DNA of 64,000 nt from Eubacteriales bacterium (GCA_045542075.1 JAZQKI010000042.1:19114-83113); one strand, 5' to 3'. Counted from the first letter of the stretch, positions 1-9,244 are shown. Numbers and translations are program-made. Notes: generated by a model from the letters alone, not told the origin.

Positions 1-1365
1 CCTACGTGCACGGAAAACGGATATACCGAGAATGTATGTGAGTGCGGGGACTCGTATCTTTCTGATTTTATCTCCCCCGCTGGCCATACGTACACAGGCG
101 AGACATTCCCTCCCACCTGTGAGGAGGGTGGATATACTGTATATACCTGTGAGTGCGGAGACACGTATTTATCAGACCGTGTCGCTCCCCTGGGACATAC
201 CTTTGTTCCCAATGTAACTCCCGCGACCTGTATGGAGGAAGGATATACTGATTATGTCTGCGCATGCGGAAGCACGTACCGTTCGGACTTTGTCGAGCCC
301 TTGGGACATATATTTGATGAAAAAATAAAATATCCGACCTTATCAAGCATGGGATACAGTGTATTTACCTGCTCTTGCGGATATTCATACACGGGTGACT
401 ATGTTTTCTATCAGAATACTGTGATAACTCCCACAGAGGGTGACAGCTCAAGTATTCTTTCGCGCGGAATCGACGTGTCAGTGCATCAGCATCAGAACAT
501 AGACGGTATCTTTCAGCCTCTTGATTGGGCGGCAATAAAGGCGGAGGGTGTTGATTTTGCGATACTTCGCGCATCCTACGGCTCTGCCGTTTGCCCTGTA
601 TTTGAAATGAATTATACCGATGCCAAGGCGGCGGGTATGCCGATCGGAGCATACTGCTATTCCACCGCAACTACAGTTGAGGGCATAAAGGCAGAGGCGA
701 TCGCTCTCCTTGAAATTCTTGACGGCAAGCAATTTGAATACCCCATTTATCTCGACCTTGAGGACCCCTCACAGCAAGAGCTTGCCCCGGAGCTTCTGAT
801 GGAAATGTGTATTACATTCTGTGAAACACTCCAAAAGCAGGGATATTACGTTGCTCTGTATATAAACAACGCGTGGCTGAAGGATATTCTTGATACAGAG
901 TTTATCTACAATAATCTGGATATCTGGTATGCAAGATATTCCGACAGCAATGACTTTGTATGGGGCGAGTCCGAGGATAAAGTATGGTCTGACACTTATG
1001 CTCCCAGTGTTGGAATGTGGCAATACACGTGTACGGGAGTGCTTGAGTCTATCCCCGGGATCTACGTTGATTTTAACTACTGTTATATAGACTATCCCGC
1101 GATAATCAAATCTCTCGGACTTAACGGCTACGGAGAGATACCCGAAATTGATAATATAGTTTATCTCTGGATAACGGCAAATGTGCTGAACGTGAGAAGC
1201 TCACCCGACTTTTCAGCGGATAACGTAATAGGCTATCTGACCTACGGCACGTGTGTTGAGGCTATTGAGATAACCGAGGATTACGTAAAGATACTTTATA
1301 ACGGCGCAGAGGCATACATAGGTACAAAGTATATATCTTATACCGAGGTAGCTTCTGAAATATAA
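1..1365 (+). CDS. Secreted GH25-family muramidase (lysozyme), 5' end cut by the window edge, with N-terminal Cys-rich repeats and a C-terminal SH3b-like domain
   Basis: Frame 1 is open from base 1 (PTCTENGYTENVCECGDSYLSDFISPAGH...), so the listed 232..1365 ORF is only the part after an internal Met. Three ~29-aa repeats (TC-x-E-x-GYT-x3-C-x-CG-x2-Y-x-SD-x-V-x-P-x-GH) precede a GH25-like core (GIDVSVHQHQ, DFAILRASYG, YLDLED). The tail is SH3b-like (NVLNVRSSPDFSADNVIGYLTYG). Confidence 0.8.
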   Translation, partial: PTCTENGYTENVCECGDSYLSDFISPAGHTYTGETFPPTCEEGGYTVYTCECGDTYLSDRVAPLGHTFVPNVTPATCMEEGYTDYVCACGSTYRSDFVEPLGHIFDEKIKYPTLSSMGYSVFTCSCGYSYTGDYVFYQNTVITPTEGDSSSILSRGIDVSVHQHQNIDGIFQPLDWAAIKAEGVDFAILRASYGSAVCPVFEMNYTDAKAAGMPIGAYCYSTATTVEGIKAEAIALLEILDGKQFEYPIYLDLEDPSQQELAPELLMEMCITFCETLQKQGYYVALYINNAWLKDILDTEFIYNNLDIWYARYSDSNDFVWGESEDKVWSDTYAPSVGMWQYTCTGVLESIPGIYVDFNYCYIDYPAIIKSLGLNGYGEIPEIDNIVYLWITANVLNVRSSPDFSADNVIGYLTYGTCVEAIEITEDYVKILYNGAEAYIGTKYISYTEVASEI

Positions 1366-1369
1366 TATA

Positions 1370-1405
1370 AAAACCGCAAGACTGCTGTCTTGCGGTTTAA
1401 TTTTA
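1370..1405. terminator. Bidirectional intrinsic terminator between the convergent GH25 gene and typA
   Basis: Hairpin accgcaagac-tgct-gtcttgcggt, with an A-run before and a T-rich run after. Confidence 0.7.
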
Positions 1406-3247
1406 TTTATTTTCCTGAGCAGCTCTTCTCGCTCTCATCATTTCCTTCATACGAAGCTCGGTGTTGAGTATCTTTTTGCGGAGTCTGATGGATTTGGGAG
1501 TGACTTCAATAAGCTCGTCGTCGGTTATAAACTCAATAGCCTCCTCAAGGCTGAATATTGTGGGAGGTGTGAGCAGGAGCTTTTCGTCCGCGCCCGCACT
1601 GCGTATAGCGGTAAGATGCTTTTCCTTACAGGGATTGACTGCGATATCGTCGTTCTTGGGGTTCTCGCCTACTATCATTCCCTCATATACGGGGGTTTGA
1701 GGACCAACAAACAGATTTCCTCTCTCCTGTGTGTTATACAGACCGTAACGGGTGGTTACTCCTGCCTCCGACGCAACGAGTGCGCCTGTAAATCTCATAA
1801 TTATACCGCCGCGGTAGGGCTCGTATCCTTCAAAGAGTGTATTGAGTACGCCCTCGCCGTGAGTTGCGGAAAGAAATTCCGAGCGATAACCGAAAAGACA
1901 TCTTGACGGAATGAGATACTCAATTCTCATACGGCTTCCCATGGGATTCATCTCAATAAGATCGCCCTTTCTCTGTCCGAGCTTTTCAATGACCGCGCCC
2001 ACGTATTCGGTGGGTACGTCAAGCGTGACCTTTTCCATAGGCTCGCATTTTACGCCGTCAATTTCCTTTATGATTACCTTGGGGTTTGAGCAGGTAAGCT
2101 CGTAGCCCTCGCGTCTCATGTTTTCAATAAGTATGGAAAGATGCATCTCTCCTCTACCGGAAACTATAAATTCATCTGTTGTCTCGCCGTCACGAACACG
2201 GAGAGAAACATCCTTGAGAAGCTCGCGGTAAAGTCTCTCACGAAGCTGACGGGAGGTGACAAATTTTCCCTCCTTGCCTGCCAAGGGGCTGTCATTTACC
2301 GAGAAGGTCATCTCAACAGTGGGCTCGCTTACCTTAACGAATTCGAGAGGCTCGGGGTTTGTGGTTGCAGTGATGGTATCACCTATGGATATATCACCTG
2401 CTCCCGAGAAGCATACTATATCGCCCATTTTTGCGTTTTCTACGGGCAAACGTCCAAGGCCGTCTATCTGATAAAGAGAAACGATCTTGCTCTTTATGGG
2501 CTTTTGATCGGGCTTGTGGAAGTTGCAGATGGCTACCTCCTGACCAACCTTTACAGATCCTCGCTCTATACGTCCGATTCCTATTCTTCCAACGTACTCG
2601 TTGTAGTCAATAGAAGAAACAAGAAGCTGAAGGTCCCCGTCGATATCGCCCTCGGGCGCGGGGATGTATTCAAGTATCTTTTCAAAAAGGGGTACGAGAT
2701 TTTCACCCGGTACGTCGGGATCCTCGGATGCGGTTCCTTCTCTGCCCGAGCAATAAAGCATGGGAGAGTCGAGCTGATCGTCAGATGCGCCAAGGTCGAT
2801 AAGAAGCTCAAGTATCTCGTCCTCAACTTCTCCGAGACGGGCATCGGGCTTGTCTATTTTGTTGAAGCACACGATGACTCTGTGATTAAGCTCAAGCGCA
2901 CGCTTAAGAACAAATCTTGTCTGAGGCATGGGACCTTCCGCAGCGTCAACAAGAAGAATAACACCGTTTACCATTTTAAGCACACGCTCAACCTCTCCGC
3001 CGAAGTCAGCGTGTCCGGGAGTGTCGACAATATTTATCTTTACGTCCTTGTAATGTACAGCTGTGTTTTTTGCAAGAATGGTAATACCTCTCTCACGTTC
3101 AATGTCTCCCGAGTCCATAACGCAGGTTACAGTTTCCTGATTTTCACGGTATATACCGCCCTGCTTTAGGAGACCGTCAACAAGTGTTGTTTTTCCATGG
3201 TCAACGTGCGCTATTATTGCGACGTTTCTTAAATCCTCTCTTACCAT
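1403..3247 (-). CDS. typA: Translational GTPase TypA/BipA
   Basis: 614 aa. N-terminus [29 protein letters not shown] and NKIDK G-motifs; EF-G-like domains throughout. Confidence 0.95.
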   Translation of the reverse strand: MVREDLRNVAIIAHVDHGKTTLVDGLLKQGGIYRENQETVTCVMDSGDIERERGITILAKNTAVHYKDVKINIVDTPGHADFGGEVERVLKMVNGVILLVDAAEGPMPQTRFVLKRALELNHRVIVCFNKIDKPDARLGEVEDEILELLIDLGASDDQLDSPMLYCSGREGTASEDPDVPGENLVPLFEKILEYIPAPEGDIDGDLQLLVSSIDYNEYVGRIGIGRIERGSVKVGQEVAICNFHKPDQKPIKSKIVSLYQIDGLGRLPVENAKMGDIVCFSGAGDISIGDTITATTNPEPLEFVKVSEPTVEMTFSVNDSPLAGKEGKFVTSRQLRERLYRELLKDVSLRVRDGETTDEFIVSGRGEMHLSILIENMRREGYELTCSNPKVIIKEIDGVKCEPMEKVTLDVPTEYVGAVIEKLGQRKGDLIEMNPMGSRMRIEYLIPSRCLFGYRSEFLSATHGEGVLNTLFEGYEPYRGGIIMRFTGALVASEAGVTTRYGLYNTQERGNLFVGPQTPVYEGMIVGENPKNDDIAVNPCKEKHLTAIRSAGADEKLLLTPPTIFSLEEAIEFITDDELIEVTPKSIRLRKKILNTELRMKEMMRARRAAQENK

Positions 3248-3366
3248 ACTTACCTCACATCTAAAAATTTTCCACTCATTATTATATCATAATTTTTTTC
3301 AATAATAAATCATAAAAACAACGATTATTTACAAATTTCGCATTATTTCATTGTGCAATTTGACAT

Positions 3367-3400
3367 AAAAAAAGCCTTCTTCGTTTTGAAGAAGGCTTTT
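3367..3400 (-). terminator. Intrinsic terminator downstream of trxA
   Basis: Stem gccttcttc/gaagaaggc with a 5-nt loop, followed by a T7 run on the minus strand. Confidence 0.75.
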
Positions 3401-3404
3401 GAAA

Positions 3405-3713
3405 TTATTTGAGCATCTCGAGTATTGCCTCAAGGGGTCTGTAGCCGACTGCCTTATCTGCAAGCTTGCCGTCCTTGAGCAATATAAGTGTGGGTATGCT
3501 GTGAACATCGTAAGCGTTTGCTATAGCGCCCGCCTCGTCAACGTCAACCTTGCATACTACAACGTCATTTCTCGTGTTTGCTATTTCCTCTATATGAGGG
3601 GCGATCATTTTACAAGGACCGCACCAGGTTGCGTAAAAATCAATAAGCACGGGTTTTTCGCTGTTCAAGGCGACCTGCTCAAAATTATCAACTGTTAATT
3701 TTACAATAGCCAT
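3405..3713 (-). CDS. trxA: Thioredoxin
   Basis: 102 aa with a WCGPC active site and typical thioredoxin length and pattern (VLIDFYATWCGPCKMIAP). Confidence 0.9.
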   Translation of the reverse strand: MAIVKLTVDNFEQVALNSEKPVLIDFYATWCGPCKMIAPHIEEIANTRNDVVVCKVDVDEAGAIANAYDVHSIPTLILLKDGKLADKAVGYRPLEAILEMLK

Positions 3714-3724
3714 ATCTGATCTCC

Positions 3725-3922
3725 TTATTTTTGTTTGTAATAAAGCATACAGTGACAGTATCCCTCAAAATCGGGATCCTTTATCTGCTCCTTGAATTCC
3801 TTACATACGCATTTGGTGTCCTCTGTTCTTTCGCGGCGGCAAGGACAGTAACCTCCCGTGCGTTCGAGTCCCTTGCGTATGGTTTCAACTATTTCCTTAT
3901 CGGGATTTTCTATTATTTTCAT
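3725..3922 (-). CDS. Small protein resembling the ferredoxin:thioredoxin reductase catalytic subunit (FTR-B-like)
   Basis: 65 aa with the Cys pattern CPC-x10-CVC-x15-CHC (GYCPCRRERTEDTKCVCKEF...EGYCHCMLY). This is the CPC/CxC/CHC signature of the FTR catalytic chain. It ends 11 nt upstream of the trxA start. Confidence 0.65.
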   Translation of the reverse strand: MKIIENPDKEIVETIRKGLERTGGYCPCRRERTEDTKCVCKEFKEQIKDPDFEGYCHCMLYYKQK

Positions 3923-3945
3923 ATTTTATCCTCTTTGTTCAAGTC

Positions 3946-4878
3946 TTATTTCAAAAATCCGTTTATTATTTCTTCCTCAGCTTCTTTTTCGCTGAGTCCG
4001 AGAGTCATAAGCTTGATAAGCTGCTCTCCCGCAATTTTTCCGATCGCCGCTTCGTGAATAAGCGATGCCTCAATGTTGTTTGCCTCTATCTCGGGAACCG
4101 CTTTTACAGACGCGTTATCCATAATTATAGCGTCACATTCGGTATGTCCGCTGCAGCGGGAGTTACCCTTGATATTGGATATAAAGAGCTGCTTTGACTC
4201 GTCCTTTGCGACTGAACGAGAGACAACGTGTGTGCCGCAGCCATCGCCGTTAAGCTCAACCTCAAATTCGGTGCGCGCGAACTGCTGTCCGTGAGTCATT
4301 ATCTTCTCATAAACGACGAGAGTCGAATCCTTGTCAAGCACAGCGCATGTCCTTCTGTCCGTTGAGTCAACACCCTTAATCTGCGTGGTTTCCATTTCAA
4401 GATACGCGCCCTCCGCAAGATATATCTGCGTTGTGGGATTCATTACGTTTCTGCCGTTTCCGTCGCCCTCGCCGTAATGCTTTTCAACGTACTTTATCTT
4501 GGCGTTTTTGCCAACGTAAAAGGTGTGTATTCCGCTATGCTCACTCATTTCAGTGCCGCAGTTGTGTATTCCGCAGCCCGCAACCACAACTACGTCCGCA
4601 TCCTCGCCAATATAGAAATCGTTATATACTGTCTCGGTTATTCCCGTTTCAGACAGAATTACAGGAATATGCACGCTCTCGTTTTTTGTGCCTGCCTTGA
4701 TATGGATCTCAATTCCGGGCTTGTCCGTCTTTTTCTCGATAACAATGTTATCAGATGAATTTTTACCTACAAGCTCACCGTTTACTCGGAGCGAATATGC
4801 TCCCTCGGGAACCTTATGAAGTCCCGCGATATTTTCAAGGAGGTCTTTTTCCATTTTGCTGAGTGTTTTCTGTGCCAT
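3946..4878 (-). CDS. SufB/SufD-family Fe-S cluster assembly protein
   Basis: 310 aa with beta-helix-like repeats and the C-terminal motif typical of SufBD proteins (EASLIHEAAIGKIAGEQLIKLMTLGLSEKEAEEEIINGFL). Overlaps the sufC stop by 1 nt. Confidence 0.8.
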   Translation of the reverse strand: MAQKTLSKMEKDLLENIAGLHKVPEGAYSLRVNGELVGKNSSDNIVIEKKTDKPGIEIHIKAGTKNESVHIPVILSETGITETVYNDFYIGEDADVVVVAGCGIHNCGTEMSEHSGIHTFYVGKNAKIKYVEKHYGEGDGNGRNVMNPTTQIYLAEGAYLEMETTQIKGVDSTDRRTCAVLDKDSTLVVYEKIMTHGQQFARTEFEVELNGDGCGTHVVSRSVAKDESKQLFISNIKGNSRCSGHTECDAIIMDNASVKAVPEIEANNIEASLIHEAAIGKIAGEQLIKLMTLGLSEKEAEEEIINGFLK

Positions 4879-5609
4879 CAGTTATCACCTCCCGCGGTAT
4901 ATCTGCAGCCTGCGCTGTGACTCAAAAGCTCGGGGAGGATCTCGTCCTTGGTGCCGTACGCCGCGATCTTGCCGCCTGCTATTACGACAACCTTATCCGC
5001 AATATCGAGAATTCTCTCCTGATGCGAGATTATGAGTATATTTCCCTGCGTTCTTTCATGCATTTTTTCGAATACCTTGATGAGATTGTTGAAGCTCCAA
5101 AGGTCGATGCCCGCCTCAGGCTCGTCAAATACGGAGAATTTAGTGCCTCTGGCGTTTATCATAGCGATCTCGATTCTCTTAAGCTCGCCGCCCGACAAGG
5201 ATGCGTTAACCTCACGGTTGATGTATTCCTTGGCGCAAAGTCCCACTTCGGACAGATACGAGCATGCCTCGGAAAAAGATATCTTTTTTCCTGCCGCAAG
5301 CGAAATAAGATCCTTTACTGTGATTCCCTTGAATCTTACGGGCTGCTGAAACGCATAGCTGATACCCGCGCGGGAGCGCTCGGTAATGCTCATATTTGTG
5401 ATGTCCACGCCGTCAAGAAGTATCTGACCGCAATCAGGTGTGATAATTCCCGCAATAAGCTTTGCCAACGTTGATTTTCCGCTTCCGTTAGGACCCGTGA
5501 CTGCAACAAATCTTTCGTTTATAGTTAAGTTTATGTCATCCAAAATACGGTTTTGCTTTCCCGTCGTTGGGTCTGTGACCGTATAAGTCAGATTTTTGAT
5601 TTCAAGCAT
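4878..5609 (-). CDS. sufC: SufC-like Fe-S assembly ABC ATPase
   Basis: 243 aa with Walker A GPNGSGKST, signature LSGGELKR and Walker B FSVFDEPEAGID. No membrane domain. Paired with the SufBD gene. Confidence 0.8.
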   Translation of the reverse strand: MLEIKNLTYTVTDPTTGKQNRILDDINLTINERFVAVTGPNGSGKSTLAKLIAGIITPDCGQILLDGVDITNMSITERSRAGISYAFQQPVRFKGITVKDLISLAAGKKISFSEACSYLSEVGLCAKEYINREVNASLSGGELKRIEIAMINARGTKFSVFDEPEAGIDLWSFNNLIKVFEKMHERTQGNILIISHQERILDIADKVVVIAGGKIAAYGTKDEILPELLSHSAGCRYTAGGDN

Positions 5610-5646
5610 TTATAAATAAGCCTTTCTTAAATTAAGTTCATTCATT

Positions 5647-5675
5647 ATTTTAGCACAAAACTTTGTTTTATTCAA
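5647..5675 (-). promoter_or_regulatory. Putative sigma-A promoter of the sufC-sufBD-FTR-like-trxA operon
   Basis: Minus strand reads TTGAAT-N17-TAAAAT, about 35 nt upstream of the sufC start. Confidence 0.45.
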
Positions 5676-5684
5676 TAGATATTT

Positions 5685-5729
5685 TGAAAAATTAAGGGCA
5701 TAAGAGTAGAAATTACTCTCTTATGCCCC
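5685..5729 (-). terminator. Intrinsic terminator downstream of the trxB homologue
   Basis: 11-bp stem gggcataagag/ctcttatgccc, followed on the minus strand by a T-rich tract (cttaattttt). Confidence 0.55.
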
Positions 5730-5736
5730 ATTTTTA

Positions 5737-6651
5737 TCATATATTACTATTATCAATATATCTGCAAGCGGCGAGAGCGGCAACCGCGCCGTCTCCGCAA
5801 GCCGTCGTGATCTGTCTTATTTCTTTGGTGCGACAGTCTCCTGCAACGAAAAGTCCCTCGGTTGAGGTGAGGCAGTTTTCATCGGATACGATATATCCTC
5901 TGTCTGAAAGCTCAACTAAGTTTGCGTACTGCTCGTTTTCGGGAACCTGGCCTATTGCGACAAAGATACCGTCAACGTCAAGTCTTTCCTTTTCTCCGCT
6001 ATGAACGTTCTTTATGATAATGCCCGCAAATTCATCCTCGGCATAAATGCTGTCAACTACAGCTCCCGTGATAAATTCAACGTTTTCCTTTTTTTCAAGC
6101 GAAGAGACAAGTCTCTCTTCGCCTGTCATAAAGTCAAGATTCTGGACTACGTAAACCTTCTGACATCCGTCTGAAAGCATCATAGCCTCAACGAGCGCAG
6201 AATTTCCTCCTCCTATGACAGCGACCTGCTTGCCGTTATAAAACGCGCCGTCGCAAACCGCGCAAAAGGAGATACCGTTACCGATAAATTCCTCTTCTCT
6301 GTCAATACCGAGGTGTCTGTGCTTGGAGCCGGTGGCAATTATCACGGATTTAGCAAGATACTGACCGTCATCACAGGAAATATAGAAAACTCCGTTGTTC
6401 TTTTCTATGCCCGTAACCTCTGCCATCTCTATTTCCGCTCCCATAGAGAGAGCCTGCTCCACCATTTTTTCGGCAAGCTCGTTTCCGCTTACCTGTGAAA
6501 ACGCGGGGTAATTTTCAATCTTTGGAGAAAATGTCATCTGTCCGCCAAAGGTAGCCTTTTCAATGACGAGTACGCTTTTTTCTGCTCTGCGAGCGTAGAC
6601 CGCCGCGGTAAGTCCCGCGGGGCCTGCGCCTACTATTATTACGTCATACAT
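5737..6651 (-). CDS. trxB: Thioredoxin-reductase-family flavoprotein (TrxB homologue lacking the NADPH HRRxxxR motif)
   Basis: 304 aa with FAD motif VIIVGAGPAGLTAA, redox CAVCDG and second Rossmann motif VAVIGGGNSA. At the position of the HRRxxxR motif it reads VYVVQNLDFMTGEE. Confidence 0.85.
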   Translation of the reverse strand: MYDVIIVGAGPAGLTAAVYARRAEKSVLVIEKATFGGQMTFSPKIENYPAFSQVSGNELAEKMVEQALSMGAEIEMAEVTGIEKNNGVFYISCDDGQYLAKSVIIATGSKHRHLGIDREEEFIGNGISFCAVCDGAFYNGKQVAVIGGGNSALVEAMMLSDGCQKVYVVQNLDFMTGEERLVSSLEKKENVEFITGAVVDSIYAEDEFAGIIIKNVHSGEKERLDVDGIFVAIGQVPENEQYANLVELSDRGYIVSDENCLTSTEGLFVAGDCRTKEIRQITTACGDGAVAALAACRYIDNSNI

Positions 6652-6677
6652 TCTGATACCTACCTGAATCTATTGTA

Positions 6678-9083
6678 TCAATTGCCCGAGCAGTCGATAA
6701 ACTTTCTTATATTGGAAAGGTTTACTGCCTTCTCTGTCTCAACTCCGTCAACTGTGACAACAAGAGTGGGAGCCTGCTTGATGCCAAATTTAGATACAAG
6801 AGCGGCATTGTCCTCCGCATATATCTTTTCATAAGCTATTCCCGCTTTGTCAAGGAACACGGCTGCCATCTTACAGTTAGGACAAGTCTTTGTGGCAAAG
6901 AGGTATATCTTTGTTCCCTCGTTTGTTTCGGGAGCAGCTGCCTCGGGTATGGACATAGCGATAGTTCTTATTCCGCCCGAGCCGATATTTATCTCGGGGT
7001 GAAGCTCTGTGGATCTCTCGATGTTATAGGTGCGTCTCTCCTTGAATTCCTGAGACTTACCGTCATTCCAAGCCTGAACGGGTCTGTAATAGCCTGTTAT
7101 ACGGCTATATACCTCGGTAGTCTTGCCGCAATGAGGACATGAATATACCTCACCTGCGATATATCCGTGGTCGGTACAAACGCTGTACGTGGGCGATAGA
7201 GTATAGTAAGGAAGCTTATAATTCTCCGCGATCTTGCGAACGAGAGTTGCTGCTGCCTTCCAGTCGGGGAGCTTTTCACCGAGGAACGCATGGAATACAG
7301 TACCCGAGGTGTAGAGTGTCTGAAGCTCGTCCTGGATCTCAAGAGCTGCAAAGATATCCTCTGTAAAGCTTACGGGAAGGTGCGAGGAGTTTGTATAATA
7401 GGGGCTGTTGCCCTTTTCGGTTGCGGTGATTATGTCGGGGTACTTCTTAAGGTCGTGCTTAGCAAAACGGAAGGACGTGGACTCAGCGGGAGTAGCCTCG
7501 AGGTTATAGAGGTCGCCGTATGCCTCCTGGTAGTCGGAAAGTCTTTCTCTCATATGGTTGAGGACCTTCTTGGAGAACTCCTGGGTTTCAGTCTGCGTCA
7601 TATCAGCGCGGAGCCATTTTGCGTTAAGACCTACCTCGTTCATACCAACAAGACCGATGGTCGAGAAGTGGTTATTGAACGTGCCGAGGTATCTCTTTGT
7701 ATAGGGATAGAGTCCTTCGTTGAGAAGCTTTGTGATAACGGTTCTCTTCATCTTGAGCGAGCGAGCCGAAATGTCCATAAGCTTGTCGAGTCTCTTGAAG
7801 AATTCCTCCTCTGTCTCGGAGAGATATGCGATTCTGGGCATGTTGATGGTTACAACGCCGACAGAACCTGTGGACTCACCTGAGCCAAAGTATCCGCCCG
7901 ACTTCTTACGAAGCTCACGGAGGTCAAGACGGAGACGGCAGCACATGGAACGAACGTCAGAGGGCTCCATATCCGAGTTGATATAGTTGGAGAAATAAGG
8001 TGTTCCGTACTTTGCTGTCATCTCAAAGAGAAGCTTGTTGTTCTCTGTCTCGGACCAGTCAAAGTCACGTGTGATGGAATACGTGGGGATAGGATACTGG
8101 AAGCCACGGCCGTTAGCGTCGCCCTCGATCATGATCTCGATGAACGCCTTATTGACCATATCCATCTCAGCCTTACAGTCCTTGTACTTGAAGTCCATCT
8201 CCTTGCCGCCAACTATACAGTTGAGCTCTGCGAGGTCGTTAGGAACAGTCCAGTCAAGCGTTATGTTCGTAAAGGGTGACTGAGTTCCCCAACGTGAGGG
8301 TGTGTTTACACCGTAGATAAAGGACTGGATGCACTGCTTTACTTCTTTATATGAAAGATTGTCAACCTTGACAAAAGGAGCAAGGTAAGTATCAAAGGAT
8401 GAGAATGCCTGTGCGCCTGCCCACTCGTTCTGCATGATACCGAGGAAGTTTACCATCTGGTTGCAGAGTGTGGAGAGATGAGCCGCGGGAGAGGATGTGA
8501 TCTTTCCTGTAACACCGCCAAGGCCCTCCTGGATGAGCTGCTTGAGGGACCAACCTGCGCAGTAGCCTGTAAGCATGGAGAGGTCATGGATGTGAATATC
8601 CGCGTTTCTGTGAGCGTTTGCTATCTCGTCGTCGTAGATCTCGGAGAGCCAGTAGTTTGCGGTAACTGCGCCCGAGTTTGAAAGGATAAGTCCGCCTACG
8701 GAGTACGTGACAGTAGAGTTTTCCTTAACTCTCCAGTCAAGAACCTTAAGGTATCCGTTTACTATCTCCTTATAGTCAACTGCCGTGGATTTGAGATTTC
8801 TGAGCTTCTCTCTCTGACGGCGGTAAAGAATATATGCCTTTGCAACGTCAGCGTAGCCTGCCTGAACAAGCACAGACTCAACGCTGTCCTGAATATCTTC
8901 AACTGTGATAAGCGAGTCCTTGATCTTGGGCTCAAAGTCCGCAGTGACCTTGAGAGCCAAAAAATCAATAGTGTCCTGATTGAACTGCTTTTCCTGTGCC
9001 TCAAATGCGCGCTTGATCGCATCCGAAATTTTTGAGATTGTAAAATCTACAATCTTTCCGTCTCTTTTTTGTACCTGATACAT
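6678..9083 (-). CDS. nrdD: Anaerobic (class III) ribonucleoside-triphosphate reductase with a C-terminal glutaredoxin/NrdH-like domain
   Basis: ATP-cone at the N-terminus (MYQVQKRDGKIVDF), Zn ribbon CPHCG and glycyl-radical motif SRITGYYRPV. A ~79-aa CPNC redoxin domain follows (KIYLFATKTCPNCKMAAVFL). Start moved to the Met at 9083, which follows AAAGGAGAG. The 9152 start has no RBS. Confidence 0.9.
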   Translation of the reverse strand: MYQVQKRDGKIVDFTISKISDAIKRAFEAQEKQFNQDTIDFLALKVTADFEPKIKDSLITVEDIQDSVESVLVQAGYADVAKAYILYRRQREKLRNLKSTAVDYKEIVNGYLKVLDWRVKENSTVTYSVGGLILSNSGAVTANYWLSEIYDDEIANAHRNADIHIHDLSMLTGYCAGWSLKQLIQEGLGGVTGKITSSPAAHLSTLCNQMVNFLGIMQNEWAGAQAFSSFDTYLAPFVKVDNLSYKEVKQCIQSFIYGVNTPSRWGTQSPFTNITLDWTVPNDLAELNCIVGGKEMDFKYKDCKAEMDMVNKAFIEIMIEGDANGRGFQYPIPTYSITRDFDWSETENNKLLFEMTAKYGTPYFSNYINSDMEPSDVRSMCCRLRLDLRELRKKSGGYFGSGESTGSVGVVTINMPRIAYLSETEEEFFKRLDKLMDISARSLKMKRTVITKLLNEGLYPYTKRYLGTFNNHFSTIGLVGMNEVGLNAKWLRADMTQTETQEFSKKVLNHMRERLSDYQEAYGDLYNLEATPAESTSFRFAKHDLKKYPDIITATEKGNSPYYTNSSHLPVSFTEDIFAALEIQDELQTLYTSGTVFHAFLGEKLPDWKAAATLVRKIAENYKLPYYTLSPTYSVCTDHGYIAGEVYSCPHCGKTTEVYSRITGYYRPVQAWNDGKSQEFKERRTYNIERSTELHPEINIGSGGIRTIAMSIPEAAAPETNEGTKIYLFATKTCPNCKMAAVFLDKAGIAYEKIYAEDNAALVSKFGIKQAPTLVVTVDGVETEKAVNLSNIRKFIDCSGN

Positions 9084-9208
9084 AGTCTCTCCTTTTTCCG
9101 ATAATGGTTTTATAATGAATTTTTCTTTACAATATAAGACATTTTTCGCCAAAATTTGCCTGAAACGTCAGAAATACGGCGCAAAGTACCCCTAAGCGCC
9201 GTATTTTG

Positions 9209-9237
9209 ATTATACTATATGTTGTGTTCACTGTCAA
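9209..9237 (-). promoter_or_regulatory. Sigma-A promoter of nrdD (consensus TTGACA-N17-TATAAT)
   Basis: The minus strand reads TTGACAgtgaacacaacatatagTATAAT. Confidence 0.65.
9212..9227 (-). promoter_or_regulatory. NrdR box 1 (overlaps the -10 and spacer of the nrdD promoter)
   Basis: atactatatgttgtgt matches the A/T-rich NrdR palindrome type (acaCwAtATaTwGtgt). Confidence 0.6.
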
Positions 9238-9244
9238 CTACCAA

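Noticed and set aside
2141-3169. 342-aa plus-strand ORF inside typA. Similar long antisense ORFs occur at 11229-12305, 12409-13263, 15334-16122, 16132-16875, 33712-34479, 39545-40330, 57534-58340 and 61732-63279.
   Set aside because: Each lies entirely antisense to a gene with clear family motifs. Their translations are low-complexity or Cys/Leu/Ser/Arg-rich with no motifs and no RBS. They are shadow ORFs of the real coding strand.
9084-9152. N-terminal extension of the nrdD ORF (MAKNVLYCKEKFIIKPLSEKGET). Analogous extensions occur on nrdG (9997-10065), the lipid kinase (15028-15102), rubredoxin (44034-44129), hom (48417-48578), cysK (54013-54051) and the lipoprotein (51565-51630).
   Set aside because: The internal Met codons are preceded by good Shine-Dalgarno sequences and match the conserved family N-termini. 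The extensions lack an RBS and/or overlap neighbouring genes or promoters.
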